Shown here piece after piece: positions 26,281-40,178 of a stretch of 64,000 nucleotides of DNA (positions are counted from its first letter, which is position 1; each line of letters opens with the position of its first letter). The position numbers and the translations under genes were made by a program. Location of the stretch: assembly GCA_012295275.1 (NCBI GenBank), contig CM022672.1, positions 11,470,001-11,534,000 on the forward strand, in the 5' to 3' direction. Origin of the DNA: Chrysomallon squamiferum (taxonomy: Eukaryota > Animalia > Mollusca). The notes under the pieces are model-generated. The model was not told the DNA's origin. It worked only from the letters and a program-made list of their open reading frames with translations, and did not search any database.

Positions 26281-27219
26281 GTTTAACCTGATTTCTAACA
26301 ATATATAAATATCTGGTCGCATTTATCAAGTTTTAAAAGATGTTTTTATTTTGTTGTTGTTGTTGTTGTTTAAATAAAACAATATATTATTTCATAGTAC
26401 AATTAACTTTAAATTGATTTCACTATGTATAAAAACAATTTTTAAAACGCGATGTATTGTATAATTAACTATTCGATTAATTTGGATTTAACTTAATACA
26501 AAATCTCAGTTTTTTTTTTTTTTAAAAATTTAACCATTTACATTCACTTTCATTCATTAGTGGTATTAATAAAGACGTTTGTCTACCGGTCTCTATAACT
26601 GTAATTCTTGCAATAATTCAGCAAATAATACATTGGTCTTTAGAACGCGTTTTCGATTGCACGTCTTACTCAAGTAATAATAATATTTCTTCCCGACATC
26701 TTGAAATCAGACATTCTCTATGAAAAATGAGCAAAAATCTATGAACAGCAACAAAAGGGAGAAACAGCTACATTCAATAATTACAATGATTTAGTTCTTT
26801 TAATGTCGTGGTTAACTGTTATTAAGACAGTCGCCGTAAACAAACGTTATTAATTAAGTAACTACCATGGATGATCACACCAAAGGCACACTTAAAAGAC
26901 AAATTACTTATATTTATTTATTTATTTATTTATTTATTTATTGGGACTATGATGTGACTGTTGAAAATGTCAGTAAGATTTAACATATTTTTCCAAAACT
27001 AAAAAGAAAGTCCTGATAAAAAAAATATTGAATTTTAGCACGAAATTTAATAATAAATAAATATTAAAATTATAACGACAACTGGCTATATTTCCACGAA
27101 GCCAAATTCCTTTGAAGACTGAGTGTACATATTTCAGTTATTATTCACTATGCAGTTATATTACTCGGTCGGGTTATACAGAAGTTCGCGTGTCATTAAT
27201 TACGTTTTATTCTGCCTAT

Positions 27220-27411
27220 TGACGTCACAAAGAATGTGTAACTCGTTCCATGATTCATGACGTGACATTTGACATGTGGGTAAAATGACACATAAATGCT
27301 TGTAATCGTGGCATTTTAGAAACATCAGTTCTGTATAAACACAGCCTGATATTTAAAAAAAAAAAAAAAAAAAAAAAAGATACAAATATGCATTTTCATG
27401 TATACAAATAT

Positions 27412-27462
<51 letters not shown>

Positions 27463-27814
27463 CATACACAAATATGCGTGTGTTCAGGCATACATATACA
27501 TACATAAGTACTTTCGTACGTATAACATACATGACATAATCGAAAATAGTAATAAAAATAAATAAAATAAAACATGTAATTTCATGTATTTAATTATGCC
27601 CGCGTATGTTATATCGTGCGTAACGTCTTGCCTACGGTGCTGACCATAAGAGAACAAAGACACGTAAAAAAAAGAAAATGAATAAAAAAACGTGGAACGG
27701 CTGTAATTAAATCGTTTTATTTAACCTCCGAGCTCTCTGTGACGTCACATACCTTTGACTCACATGACTCTAGAACAAAGCATTCTGTTTCAAGTTAGTG
27801 TAATAATGACGTCA
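27220..27814. promoter_or_regulatory. CRE/AP-1 enhancer-like cluster
   Basis: Perfect TGACGTCA at 27220, 27740 and 27807; AP-1 TGACTCA at 27756; TGACGTGA at about 27258. Confidence 0.55.
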
Positions 27815-27843
27815 AGAGATCTGCAACAGATTACTACTACTAC

Positions 27844-27893
<50 letters not shown>

Positions 27894-28397
27894 GTCTCTG
27901 ATCTCGGGTCTATAAACTATAACGTTTCACCTTTGAGAAACATTTTACTTATTATCATTGCTGGCGTCGTTGTTGATGTTTCAGATTCACACATTCCGGT
28001 TTGATCTCCTGAACTTTATGACTGTAGGTCATCTTTGTTTTGACTTCATTTTTATCGTCGGACGATATTAATTATATACGTCAACGAACTATGGATCAAC
28101 AGCATCGTTAGTAACCTGTCAAAATTCACAGAAAAGGAATGTTAGGTTAATCATCTGTTGTCGTTTCTGATGTAATTTTTTCTCGACACATGGAATAGTA
28201 ATAACGATACGGTTAATAAATAGGAGTGGAGTATCCAGCAGTTTTAATATCAGATAATACATCAGCTTAATGGTCAGGAGACTTGGTAAATAACGTCAGT
28301 GCCATTTTCAGACTGAATGGATTCCGGGTCTTTGGGATCAAATGCTATTATGTGCTCCTGCCCTCCGTTGATAATATTTTGTATGTGTAAGATATTT

Positions 28398-28435
<38 letters not shown>

Positions 28436-28861
28436 TAATAAAAACATATAATAATAATAACAACAACAACAACAACAACAAATAATAATAATATTATATA
28501 ATAATAATAATAACAACAACAACAACATCAACAACAATACGTGTTGAAATAATGACAAGACTGTGGAAAAAGAATAAAAAGATTATTACATATTTCTTAA
28601 TATTATTAATATTATTACTACTGTTTCTCTCTATATGGTCACAGCTAACAGATGCAGTAATTACAGAATTTATTTAACTTTACGTAACGTAACAGTCTGT
28701 TTTAATTAACAAATTGTGAACCACAGTGTTTCCTGCCAGTGACATAAATTATTCAGGATAACTGCCACAGACGCGGATAATGTTTTGACTGTAATTATTA
28801 AGTAAGAACCAAGGTTCAGTTAGTGAAATACATATATCTGTGCGCGTACGTGCGTGCGAAC

Positions 28862-28909
<48 letters not shown>

Positions 28910-30634
28910 AAAAGTTTGATGCATTGATTAAAAGTGATTAACCATTGTTTCACTACAACAAACCAAATTGAATTTTTACTGATAGTGCAAAAGGACTTAC
29001 AGACTATTCAGATTTTTACGTTTTCTTTAAGTCATAACTGGTCTGTGTGTGTTTGCATGATTATATGTTTGTATGTAGTTATGTACTTACGTATGTCTTT
29101 ATGTAAGTTCGTGAAGGCTGTGCATCTATGTGCGTTCACTACATTTAGCACCTGTTTAATCACACTGTAAATTGTTTGGCAGTCATAGAAATACAACAAT
29201 ATATATTATTACATTAGACCAGATATGTACTAAGTCTTATAAATTAATCAAATAGATGTATATAATTAATTTTCTCAGTGCATCGGCATTGTAAATATAT
29301 TTCTAGCAAATAAAACAAACAAACATTTATTACATAAGAATTTATTGTTTGTATCTTACAAAATATTAAAAATATATATAACACAATATATATATATATA
29401 TTAATCTCTTTTAGAAAACAATCTTGGATAGACAATACGAAAAACCACTTTGAAAGCAAGGTGAAATTAAAGCACAATTTGTATAAAACACAAGTAAATT
29501 ATGTGTCATAATTTAAGAATAACATTAAATTAAAATGTTCTATTATGGTTTTCTAATGATTAATAAATACTGAAATGGAATTCTGTGATCTTTTTTATTA
29601 TTATTGTCGGCGCAAAGCAAGTCATTTAATTATTTATTATTTCTTCCTAAAATATGTTAATGAAAAGTACATTTAAATTTTGGTAATAATTAATTAAATA
29701 ATAACACATCTAACGCTACACATTTAAATTAAAAATAATTAATAATAATATCAATAATTATAGTAATAAACTAACAAGACGAAGACGGGGGAGGGGGAGA
29801 AGAAGAAAAAAAGAAGGAAAGATCTTTGAGAAGGTGATAAATAAAATTTAAGCCCAATTATTACTCTCTCTCAAAATACACCATCTATCAAGACAATCCC
29901 GAACTAATGTACGGAAACAATAAATAAATAAATAAATAAACAGCTGTCGTCAAAACAAACATTGTAACTGATTAAATAAAGATGAGTCATCAATACGAAC
30001 AATGATAAATGCGATCTGTGAGCGTAATTCGGGACAGTCACCATGTAAAACAAAACAAAAAAGTACAAGTCTATTCTGACGTACAAAAAGAAACCATAAA
30101 TGTTCTTTTTTTTTAACTTCCGTTTCATAGGAGCAGCCTTTCAGTGTAAACACGTCACTGGGGTGTAACGTTATCAGGATTCTTCGTATTTTGTTTCACG
30201 TCTTGAATACGTCAGTTCACATTTTTTTTTTGGTCTCTGTTTGAACCTGCACCCAATACTGAACACAGTTTGTGGTTACTTTTTTTTTAACTTTTTTCTT
30301 TAGACTCCGGTCCTTTTGCGAAACAGCCTTGTAATGCATCTTCATCTTTTTATGACATAGATTCATTGCCAGTAATGTTTTCTTCTATCTCAGGCTTTTA
30401 TTAAAACATGTCTAGCTTGGTAAATGATGTTCGTCTTTTAACAGATATGTTTTCTGGGGGCTTCGAAACGAAAGTAAACATATCCGACAAATATTTATAT
30501 AAAAATAAATATGGCCGTTGCTGTGTTGACAACCTGAAATATATTTTCTTCCTTTTCAGAATAAGACTGAACACATTCTGTGGCCATTTTATAAATTATT
30601 ATAACTTACAGTTATTGTCACAACCAAATCAGTT

Positions 30635-31108
30635 TCAGTCCTCGTTGCTAAAGTGTCCACAGAGCTGCAGCAAAAGTTCTTTTTGTTGCTCCGACAATCC
30701 AGAAAACAGATCTGCAACTGCATTTCTTCGTTGCTTTGAAATGATGCATTTTTGGAATGCTACCATGGTCTCATGAGACGAAGTTGTCGTCTGCTCGTCG
30801 GAGTCGTACGTAAAATCTTCAACAACACTGGTCCTGTCGTCTACTTCGGACGAAGTGGATAAAGGACGGGCGTTTTCGACTGTTTTCGTTTCTGTCGTAA
30901 TTACGTTTGATTCACTTCGGACCGTTATTTGCTCGTCGTTCATTTGTAAGCTTTTTTCAGCTTCTTCAATTTGTTCTGATGTCCAGCCAAGTCTTTCAAG
31001 AATGACCGGTGAAATTCCTTCAAAAACGTACGCCATGCCACTCCGGCGTTCACGTCTTGGCACGACTTCTGCCACTATCATTTCTTTGTTTGCAATTGAA
31101 AGAACCAT
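30635..31108 (-). CDS. Intronless 157-aa acidic orphan protein with PKI-like pseudosubstrate motif RRNAVADL
   Basis: Longest ORF in the supplied track, non-repetitive and clearly higher in GC than its flanks. Start context ATGG. Promoter-like motif cluster just upstream and AATAAA downstream (minus strand, about 30400). No family recognised with certainty. Confidence 0.7.
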   Translation of the reverse strand: MVLSIANKEMIVAEVVPRRERRSGMAYVFEGISPVILERLGWTSEQIEEAEKSLQMNDEQITVRSESNVITTETKTVENARPLSTSSEVDDRTSVVEDFTYDSDEQTTTSSHETMVAFQKCIISKQRRNAVADLFSGLSEQQKELLLQLCGHFSNED

Positions 31109-31254
31109 CGAGAAAATAAAATGTTATTACTTCTTCACAAAAATCACACACTATTATAAAATGTGCTTTACACAACGGTTATCTTCCTCTTTTCAAGCAA
31201 AGAACAGCGATTTTGTGTAGCTGAGGTTATCACAGTATCTAAACGAAAAGCGCA

Positions 31255-31405
31255 GATAGAGTTTATTTTAAACAAGTCAAATACCTGCGTCAGGATTTAA
31301 TAATATCCAATGACTAAGCTACAAAACCACGTGCTACGAGGATACTAAAGTTGCCCGGTCACATTTACAGCCAATCAAAAGCGTCAGACGGTGTGACGCA
31401 AATTG
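31255..31405 (-). promoter_or_regulatory. Putative proximal promoter of the 157-aa ORF
   Basis: TATA-like TTTAAAATAAA (minus, about 31262-31272), half-CRE TGACGCA (minus, 31286-31292), E-box CACGTG 31328-31333, CCAAT 31371-31375, TGACGC (minus, 31381-31386) and TGACGCAA 31394-31401. Confidence 0.5.
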
Positions 31406-31839
31406 GGAAAGCCCGTCGAGAAATCGATAAGAAGACGCAGCCATCTATACAATGCGTTCTTGTGATATAACAGCGGGAACGTGTAACTTAAAACCCTTTA
31501 TATAATTAATGGTCGTACGCATGGCTGAGTTCGCTCGAACAAGGCTCATAAAGCATTGTATGTCACTGTTTCCAGCATCTAAGTGGGTCGCTGTTTTACC
31601 TGAATGATGAAATCACACTAAAGGTTGTTAATTGGTTTTAAAACGTGTGTTCCTTATCTTGAACTTGTCCTGTAACCTGCTATCAGTTATTAAAAAAAAA
31701 TTTTAAAAAATAAATGTACTTTCGGGATATGAAGGGGAATTCCAATGTAAAAATGCTTCCAGGTATAAGAAACAATACTTTAAAAAAAATGCTTAAAGGT
31801 TTCTTGTAATTGTTGTTGTAATTGTTGTCATTGTTGTCA

Positions 31840-31879
<40 letters not shown>

Positions 31880-32440
31880 AAAATTCAATAATAGGTCTAG
31901 CTGTAAAAAAACACAACATATATATAAATAAATAAATAAACAATGATGAACTGTGTGTGTGTGTGTGTGTGTATACATGTATGTATGTAAATATTTATGT
32001 ATGTGTGTATGTATCTGTGTGTCTGTGTATGTTTGTGAGTTTGAGATTTTTGTTTCAAAATGTAAACAATGATGAATTCCTGTTGGCAGCTATTGCAATA
32101 TGTCACGGTTATCATGTTATTAAAATCAATGTTGCCCGAAACCAAAAAAAATCCTCCCTTGGTGTAATTATTCGTAGTTAAAGCATGCTGCGAAAGAGAC
32201 AAAACAACAACTACTACAACTTTACGAAAAAAAAAAAAAAAAAAAAGAAGAAGAAGAAAGGAAAATAACAAAAATGCGTATAAATCTTATTAATATGTAA
32301 GTACTAAAATATAATTCACACAGATATTGTAAAATAATAATAATAATAATAATAATAATATACATTTGGATGAAGGTTTTTAATTTCTGCTTAACGGATA
32401 CGAATTAACGGGAAGGGAAGCAAAGTTTCCTATTACCCAC

Positions 32441-32474
32441 TGACGTCAGACATTTAGAGTAACAAAACATTATT

Positions 32475-32509
<35 letters not shown>

Positions 32510-32711
32510 TCATTCAAAGGTTTTATTTCATCTCTTACTTTTTCTTTATGTAGGCCTGATAGCAAAGGCTGCACTAGGTCGTTTCGAAGTATGATTTTGT
32601 TGTCAGCTCAAAGTACACTAAATCTGTCCCGGTAGTGGTATTAAGCATCTGCTTTTACGGGCTAATTCTTTCTTATTTTGCGATTTTCTTTTCATTCTTT
32701 GTTCATCAATT

Positions 32712-32798
<87 letters not shown>

Positions 32799-33725
32799 TT
32801 TCTTTACAAAGATCTAAATAAATTATAAATATTATTCATCGAGCAAAAAATCTATTTACAAGCAAGGTAAATATTGATACATAATTACTGTATTCATTTT
32901 GTTTACAACGCATGTTCATTTATCCTCGAAGAATGACGTCAAAGTAATTATGTCAGGCAATCTGCAGACGAAATCAAACATCATCTTTTGTTACATGTGC
33001 ATGATTTAGATATTACGTCTTGCAACCTGTTTCCAGTCGAGAAGGTTTAAATACTACTACGCCGAAGTTTCTTTTCTCATAATCTTCTAATCCACCAAGA
33101 GAAGTTTGCCAAAGAATAATTCTGCCAAAGATATGATTCATAACATCATCTTGTTGGTGAAATGTTGCAATCATATAGTTGTCTTTCACCGTCTGATTGT
33201 GAACTCGAAGGCTGTTAAAGATCGATGCTGGTATTGCAGTACCATTGATGTTCGTGCGTCAGACGATCGTTATTTGTAGAAGTCGTAAATATCTAATTGG
33301 ATCCGATAATTAATCAGCTTCAGACCTTGAGAGAAGCGGCTGTGTACCTCGTTTTAAATTAAAAATAAACAAAGTAGAAGTTTCGGTAACTTTGTAGCTA
33401 CCATATAATTTTCAAATCAATAACGGTACCTTCAAGATAAATTACCAGCGACTCTGTACATCTTTTAGTATTAAAATTTAATAAAAATTACTTTGAGATC
33501 ACCACGATATTTTCAAATCAATAACGGCATCTTCACAATAAGGAATCTTACTCGAGGAACTTCAAAGTAAGCAAAAGTATGGTGCACACCGGCAAATGCA
33601 ATGTTGTCACATACTGGTTTTATAACATGGCTGATCATTTTTATCAGTATTTCTTTTCATTTTAGTATTTTTATTTTTATTTTCTCTGAAAAGAGATTTT
33701 AAAAAATAAATAAATAAAAATAAAA

Positions 33726-33756
<31 letters not shown>

Positions 33757-34757
33757 GTAATAATTATTTAAAAAATAATTAAAGTAATGTTGTTTTTTTC
33801 ATTTTTAATTCTATTTTATTGTACTCTGAATAGTTTTATTTAACCACCATTGAGAAGTGTGAAGATTTCAAAACTGATGGTAATAACAGAAGATCAGAGC
33901 AGTCGATAGGCAAAACACGATAATGATTATAAAGATCTTCAAATGCACAAATAAAGCATTTAGAAAATGAATTTAAAAAGAAAATGAATTAAAAAAGAAA
34001 ATATAATTTAAGAAAGATGTAATAATTAAAAAAATATAAATTAAATAAATGTAAAAAAAAATGACAAGAAAGACGTCCAGATATACTGGTGGAAATATAT
34101 GGGACATTTTCTGCTATGAATCATACGGTCATTGAACATATACATGTAATTTCATTTCAAATGATGCCCCACGACAATGCAAAGAACAAATCCATATATA
34201 TATAATACCCACACATACACATATACTGATCGATCGATAGATAGATACATATAGATAGAGTCTGATAAGGATATTTTATTTGCTAAGAGGTAACTTGCTA
34301 TTTTATTTTATTAATGATGTTATCGGATATAGTAGTTTTCATATACAAGCAGAGACAGACAGAAAGACAGAAAGTCATACAGATATATTCTTACACTGAA
34401 ACGAAGAGAGACAGACAAACTCACGGACAATTATTTTAGACAGACTCTTAGCACACAGGACAGACAATTATTATTTTACTCGCCCTATGTACAGTGGATC
34501 TGCTAGCAGCTGTTGTCATTCTTTCGCTGTCGCTATCTACATCTGCGTTATCAGATATCAGCCTACGCAGATCAGATTAATTAACAGCCACATCTTCCGT
34601 TCATAGTTTAATTTTTAATACACGTACCGGACCAGACAATAACAACAAGCAGCCATTGTATTTGTATGGAAACATCTGGCAAGGGTGGAAAACCGGCAAA
34701 ATAATAATAATAATAATAAATAATAACAATAACAATAACAATAACAATAACAATAAC

Positions 34758-34792
<35 letters not shown>

Positions 34793-35322
34793 CAACAACA
34801 GATTATCTCCAGCTTGACTTGCAAAGTTATTATTCATTCTATAAAAATAAATATTGGTCAGGGTTGTCCGCTGAGAGATAATATCAAAACTGCACTTATT
34901 ATTTGTTTAGCGATACTTATTAACAGTTTTCAGGCATCCAGTGTATAGATGGAACTGGTACCTGGCTACAACGAGAAAATGACTAGAAAGGGAAATTATC
35001 TGGAATGGGAAAACCTGGCTGGAAGGGAATGATTAATCATTTAGCTTATCTCATCTCTGTTGCTTTATTCTCCGAGCTTCGGGACTTTCCGAGAAGATTA
35101 CAAAGGCGGAGATGGCATGATACATCAAGCTACATATTTTATGCTGAATTTTCTTCCTGGTTAAGACATCTAAAATCCCCTTCTTTTCAGTTCACACGTA
35201 AAAGGATACGTTTCGCTTGGATGTTTCGATACTTTGACATGTCAGACATGTAGTTCAGAACGTTATGCTCTGTTTAACGCAGTCTAAAGGAGTTTGGGTG
35301 TCTGGCTCTCTTAGCAATGTCA

Positions 35323-35391
<69 letters not shown>

Positions 35392-36198
35392 AATAAATAA
35401 ATATGCAAATAAATAAATAACAATAACAATAATAATAATTATTATTATTATCATCATTATCATAAATAAGTAAATAACAACAAAAAGCATAATAATATTA
35501 ATTAGTTCCATATGAAGTATTTATTATTGAGTTTTGGAGTTACTGACAAATATTTTGCAAATTTCATTGATACTTTGTGCATTTCATGTTGACTATCATC
35601 ATCATCATAATCATCATTATCATCACTGTATTTGAACTATCAATAACAAACTCATGAAAATATTACTTCCAGGAATGTTACCAGACCATTAAATTTATTA
35701 ACATAAGTGGCAAAAGGGAAACATCACATACGCATTAAGAATAAGTGCACACCGAATTATATACCAACAGACAAACACAGGCTCTATATAGCATCTAGTA
35801 TTAGTATAATAAATAATAAATTTAAGAAATTAGATATTATTACTACAACTATATATTTTCTCAGTTACAACTGTTGTATGTAATAAAAAAATATATATAT
35901 ATTAAAATTTGTTATCCTGAAAACAAGATTTATCCTGTGTCTGTTAAAACATGCTTTAAAACTAGCAAATTAACGAGACGTTACAACACGGTAACAAAGT
36001 TTTCTTCAACGCTGGAATGATTTGTTTTGTTATATTCAGTCAACGCTTTCCGAATATTCGCCCAGGCTCGAGGAAAGATGACGCAGCTGTCACACTAATT
36101 GTAAACTATTATAAAGTGCAAGATGATGAGTATTTTAAGTGTTCTTGAATTTAATCGGGAAATAGACCGTAAGATAAAGAGGAAGTTACTTGACGTCA
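32441..36198. promoter_or_regulatory. Upstream perfect CRE sites
   Basis: TGACGTCA at 32441, 32934 and 36191, plus near-matches TGACGCA (about 36079) and TGACGTAA (about 36503). Confidence 0.45.
32717..32794. repeat. (CT)n microsatellite
   Basis: Directly visible. Confidence 0.95.
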
Positions 36199-36817
36199 TT
36201 ACTTTCAAGCGGTGTACTTCATTCTTAATTTCTGAAAAAACGACAAAGAAGAAGAAGAAGAAGAAAAATCCAAGATTTAAATTCCTGACTTAATGATAAT
36301 ATTAAGAATAATTTTTATAGTAATTCTGTATCACTTATATGGCAGTGAGAAACTTAGATAGAAATTATTATTTAATGAATCGCTCAGTGCTATTGCTGTT
36401 TTTAATTTTTTTTTTTTTTTGCTCCATATCAATGGCCAAGGATTATAGTGATAATAAGAGGAAACGTCGACGCCATGTGATCACGATAGATTATCGTTAC
36501 TGTGACGTAATTGTTGATATGGTTGATATGGTAGAGATTAAGGTTGATATTTCTTCAGCACCTGGGATATATTGTTTAAAACACATTTTATTAAGGTGAA
36601 GCCTTCTGAACACTTATTTTATGGGCAGATAACGTGCCCCTGATTAACAGGTTAAACAGGAGTGGTAGAATCAAATTACATACTAACGTCATACACGTAT
36701 TAAGTTTCTTTTGTCCTTTTCAAGTTTATTGCGAAAGCTGGCCATTCAAAGGCTCGTTACAATGTACGATTTGGTTGTCACGGCCAGTAAATCTCACAGA
36801 ATATGTGCCTTAAACGT

Positions 36818-36917
<100 letters not shown>

Positions 36918-38656
36918 GTCTAAATTGGATTTTGAACAGTTTTCACGTCATAACGTGTTCATTAACTTCATCAAAAAAATATATTGTTTTATACGTATAA
37001 ATAAATAAAGGTTAATAATATACATTTCAAAACTCTTCACTAAAATTTGCATTTTTTTTTTATCTTGTGTAATCTCGTTAAAATCTGAAGCAATGCTAAA
37101 GTTCTGAATATTAAACTGTGAATACTTTTTTACAACCTTAACATTTATTATTTCAGTGCTTTGATTCTACACAATACATAGATGTTAGCAGAAATGTTAG
37201 TAATAATTAACATTAGTAAACATCAGTTAAGGCACTTAACCTCGAATGTAAGGGAATTCAGGATCATTACATCATTACATGCATTTACCAAAAGTTACAA
37301 CTAAGTTAACTCAGAACTGTATTGCTGTACTGATATAACAAGGGAAAAAAATAAACACTGAAAATCAAGTTATGTTTGCTGCAGACTGCAGTATAATGAC
37401 GTCTGTAATGAGATCTAGCCTCTGTTTCACAGTGGTTTATCTTATCGAGCGTCAGTCATGTGGAAAAGTAATTTGAAGGCGAAGATTGCATTCATAATTA
37501 TTGTTTATCTCGCAACTCTGCCTTTGTGTTGCATAGATTACAATGACGTAGCATTTCTGATTCCATCATCGTCAGCATATCACAGAGATAAACTTAGCAT
37601 TCTCATTTAGACTTCAGCTGAGCTGAATTTTGTTTCCGGAAATTACTGTTTGTGTTTAGAGTGAATTAATATTATCGATTAACAGACCTCATCTTTCCCT
37701 CTGCATATGCATTGCTTTATTATTTACGCACTGCATTTGTTTCCAGAGGGGGCCTATCCCATGACTGTGTACTTTATGTTATCTGTAAGCCTATTCTGTA
37801 TGGTGTGTATGTAATAGTTATTCTATTTTATAATTAATATTTAAGATTGACTGATAAACAGAGCACCAGTGAACAGATTATTTATTAATTAATGGTTGGA
37901 CCACCATGGACTTCAAAAAAATAGATTAGTAAATAAATAAATAAATATGATACTGATGCGTATTGAATATTAGTGTTTTCAATGTGAGATGGATCGGAAA
38001 TTTTTATTTGTTAATGAAAAATTCAATATATGAAGCAGGTTTGTATGCATGTAGACGTGCGTGCATGTGTCCGTGCGTTCCTGCGACCTTACGACCGTGC
38101 GTGTATATATTTATGTCTGATTGTGTGTGTTTACGTGCGTGCGTTTTAGATGATATCATACACAATTCTATAATGCATTATTAATCAGCTAATGGTAATA
38201 ATATGTCTTTTTTTGTTCTTCTTTTTTTTAGCAGTCTCATATCGTTTTAACGTTGCTGACCTGAATGTTTAACTTGTTCTTCCTCAACTTCCTAGTACCT
38301 TAAAAACGATTGGTCAGTTTCCAGTCTCTCAAGGATAAATCTAATACCTTCTTTTTTTTTCACCTTTTGAATACAAGAGGCTCTTCTTTGTTGTCACTTT
38401 GAAAGAAAGAAAAAAAAATTGGATACTTCACTGTGTATTTCTTTTCAGGACCATCAACCGTAACGAAGTATTACAGACTTTGCTAACATAGCCTGAAAAA
38501 GATAATATGATAATGTATACGTGCAGCTTGTCAGAACATACAGTACAATGTGTCCTCGAGTCTGAACTAGCTGTCCTCAGTTTTTATGAAATAAATGCGC
38601 TTTATCTTATATCTAACATGCCAGTGTATATGAACAAAATTTAACTTTGCCACCCC

Positions 38657-38659
<3 letters not shown>

Positions 38660-38752
<93 letters not shown>
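38660..38752. repeat. (CT)n microsatellite
   Basis: Directly visible. Confidence 0.95.
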
Positions 38753-38754
<2 letters not shown>

Positions 38755-39471
38755 CTTTGTTGTTAAATCTCTCAGAAATATTTTAAAATCTACATTCGAT
38801 TTATTATTATTGTTATTGTTGTTGTAGCTGCTGCATTTGTTGCTGTTGATGTATATTTTGAGTTGATAACGACATCTCACAAGATGCATTCATAAACAAG
38901 TCTGTGTACGTATAACACCAAGAAGCAGAAAATGAAACAAAGCACTAATAATCATACTGGCATTTCAGAGACATTTTGACAAAGAACTATCGTCATTGGT
39001 TTTACCTTGTGGCTGGAAATTCCTTACTGCTTTCATACGGTGACTAAACCAGACTTTTTAATACTAATCGATGGAATCTATTGCAGTATTTCTTTTACCT
39101 GCAGAGTATTTGGTTATAAATAACAGAGAATAAAATGCTAACAGCTCTGACGGGAAAAACATTGTCGTAAGACTCGTGATATTTGTACAAAGAGATATCC
39201 CAGAGGGTAGTAACTGCTATGTTCTAATTAGACCTATACTTGGGCTACTGACGAGGACTCTGCGAGTATGCGAGACGAATGACGTTATGACATAGATGAG
39301 AAGCTTTGTCTATAATTATATAAAACAGAATGCTAATGAGAATTTTTTTTTTTTTTTTTTTTAAATGACAAAATAATAAAGGTCATTCGTGACGATTTAT
39401 AGAAAGAGTTCGTCTCTATGCGTGAGAGAGAATGACCGAGATAGAGATTGATGCTTGTGTGTATGACAAAG

Positions 39472-39642
<171 letters not shown>

Positions 39643-40132
39643 AGAGTTCATGTTAGTGTGTATGACAGAGAAAGAAAACAAGCAGGCTAATCCTCTCCTT
39701 AAATTACGATCACAAACACTTCGTTATTCTGTTTATTTAACAATTTTAAGGTTATGATAACTCGTAAATATAAATATTTATCTACAACATAACAAAATAT
39801 TGATGAAATAAAAGTAAATATAATAATTAATGAATAGTGGAAGAATAAAATAAAATGAAAACAATCTAGTATATTAGAAATATAAAATATAAAATCAAAT
39901 CATTAGGAAGAAGAAAAAATAAATCCAGTCAAATCAATAACAACAATAATAATCTTCAGCAGAAACTGAAAGCAAAGGATATCCGTGCCTACGCCTCTCC
40001 AGTCTGAAACAAATATTTTCCAAATAAAAAATGGGTTCAGTCGAGATTTCATTTCAAAAACAGATATGAACTAAAATGATATATGATTATTGACTTTAAT
40101 AAAAGAAAGCATAAAATAAAAGAACAATGAAG

Positions 40133-40178
<46 letters not shown>

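Noticed and set aside
30408-31220. Plus-strand ORFs 30408-30776 and 30855-31220
   Set aside because: Antisense shadows of the GC-richer minus-strand 157-aa ORF, with no independent motifs.
33010-33260. About 80 open codons on the minus strand (RTNINGTAIPASIF...ETGCKT)
   Set aside because: No recognisable domain and no convincing start or splice sites; possibly a decayed TE.
34940-35253. GTGTWL...GKPGWKG faintly resembling a NACHT N-terminus/P-loop
   Set aside because: In-frame stop, no GK[ST] Walker A, and similarity too weak to support.
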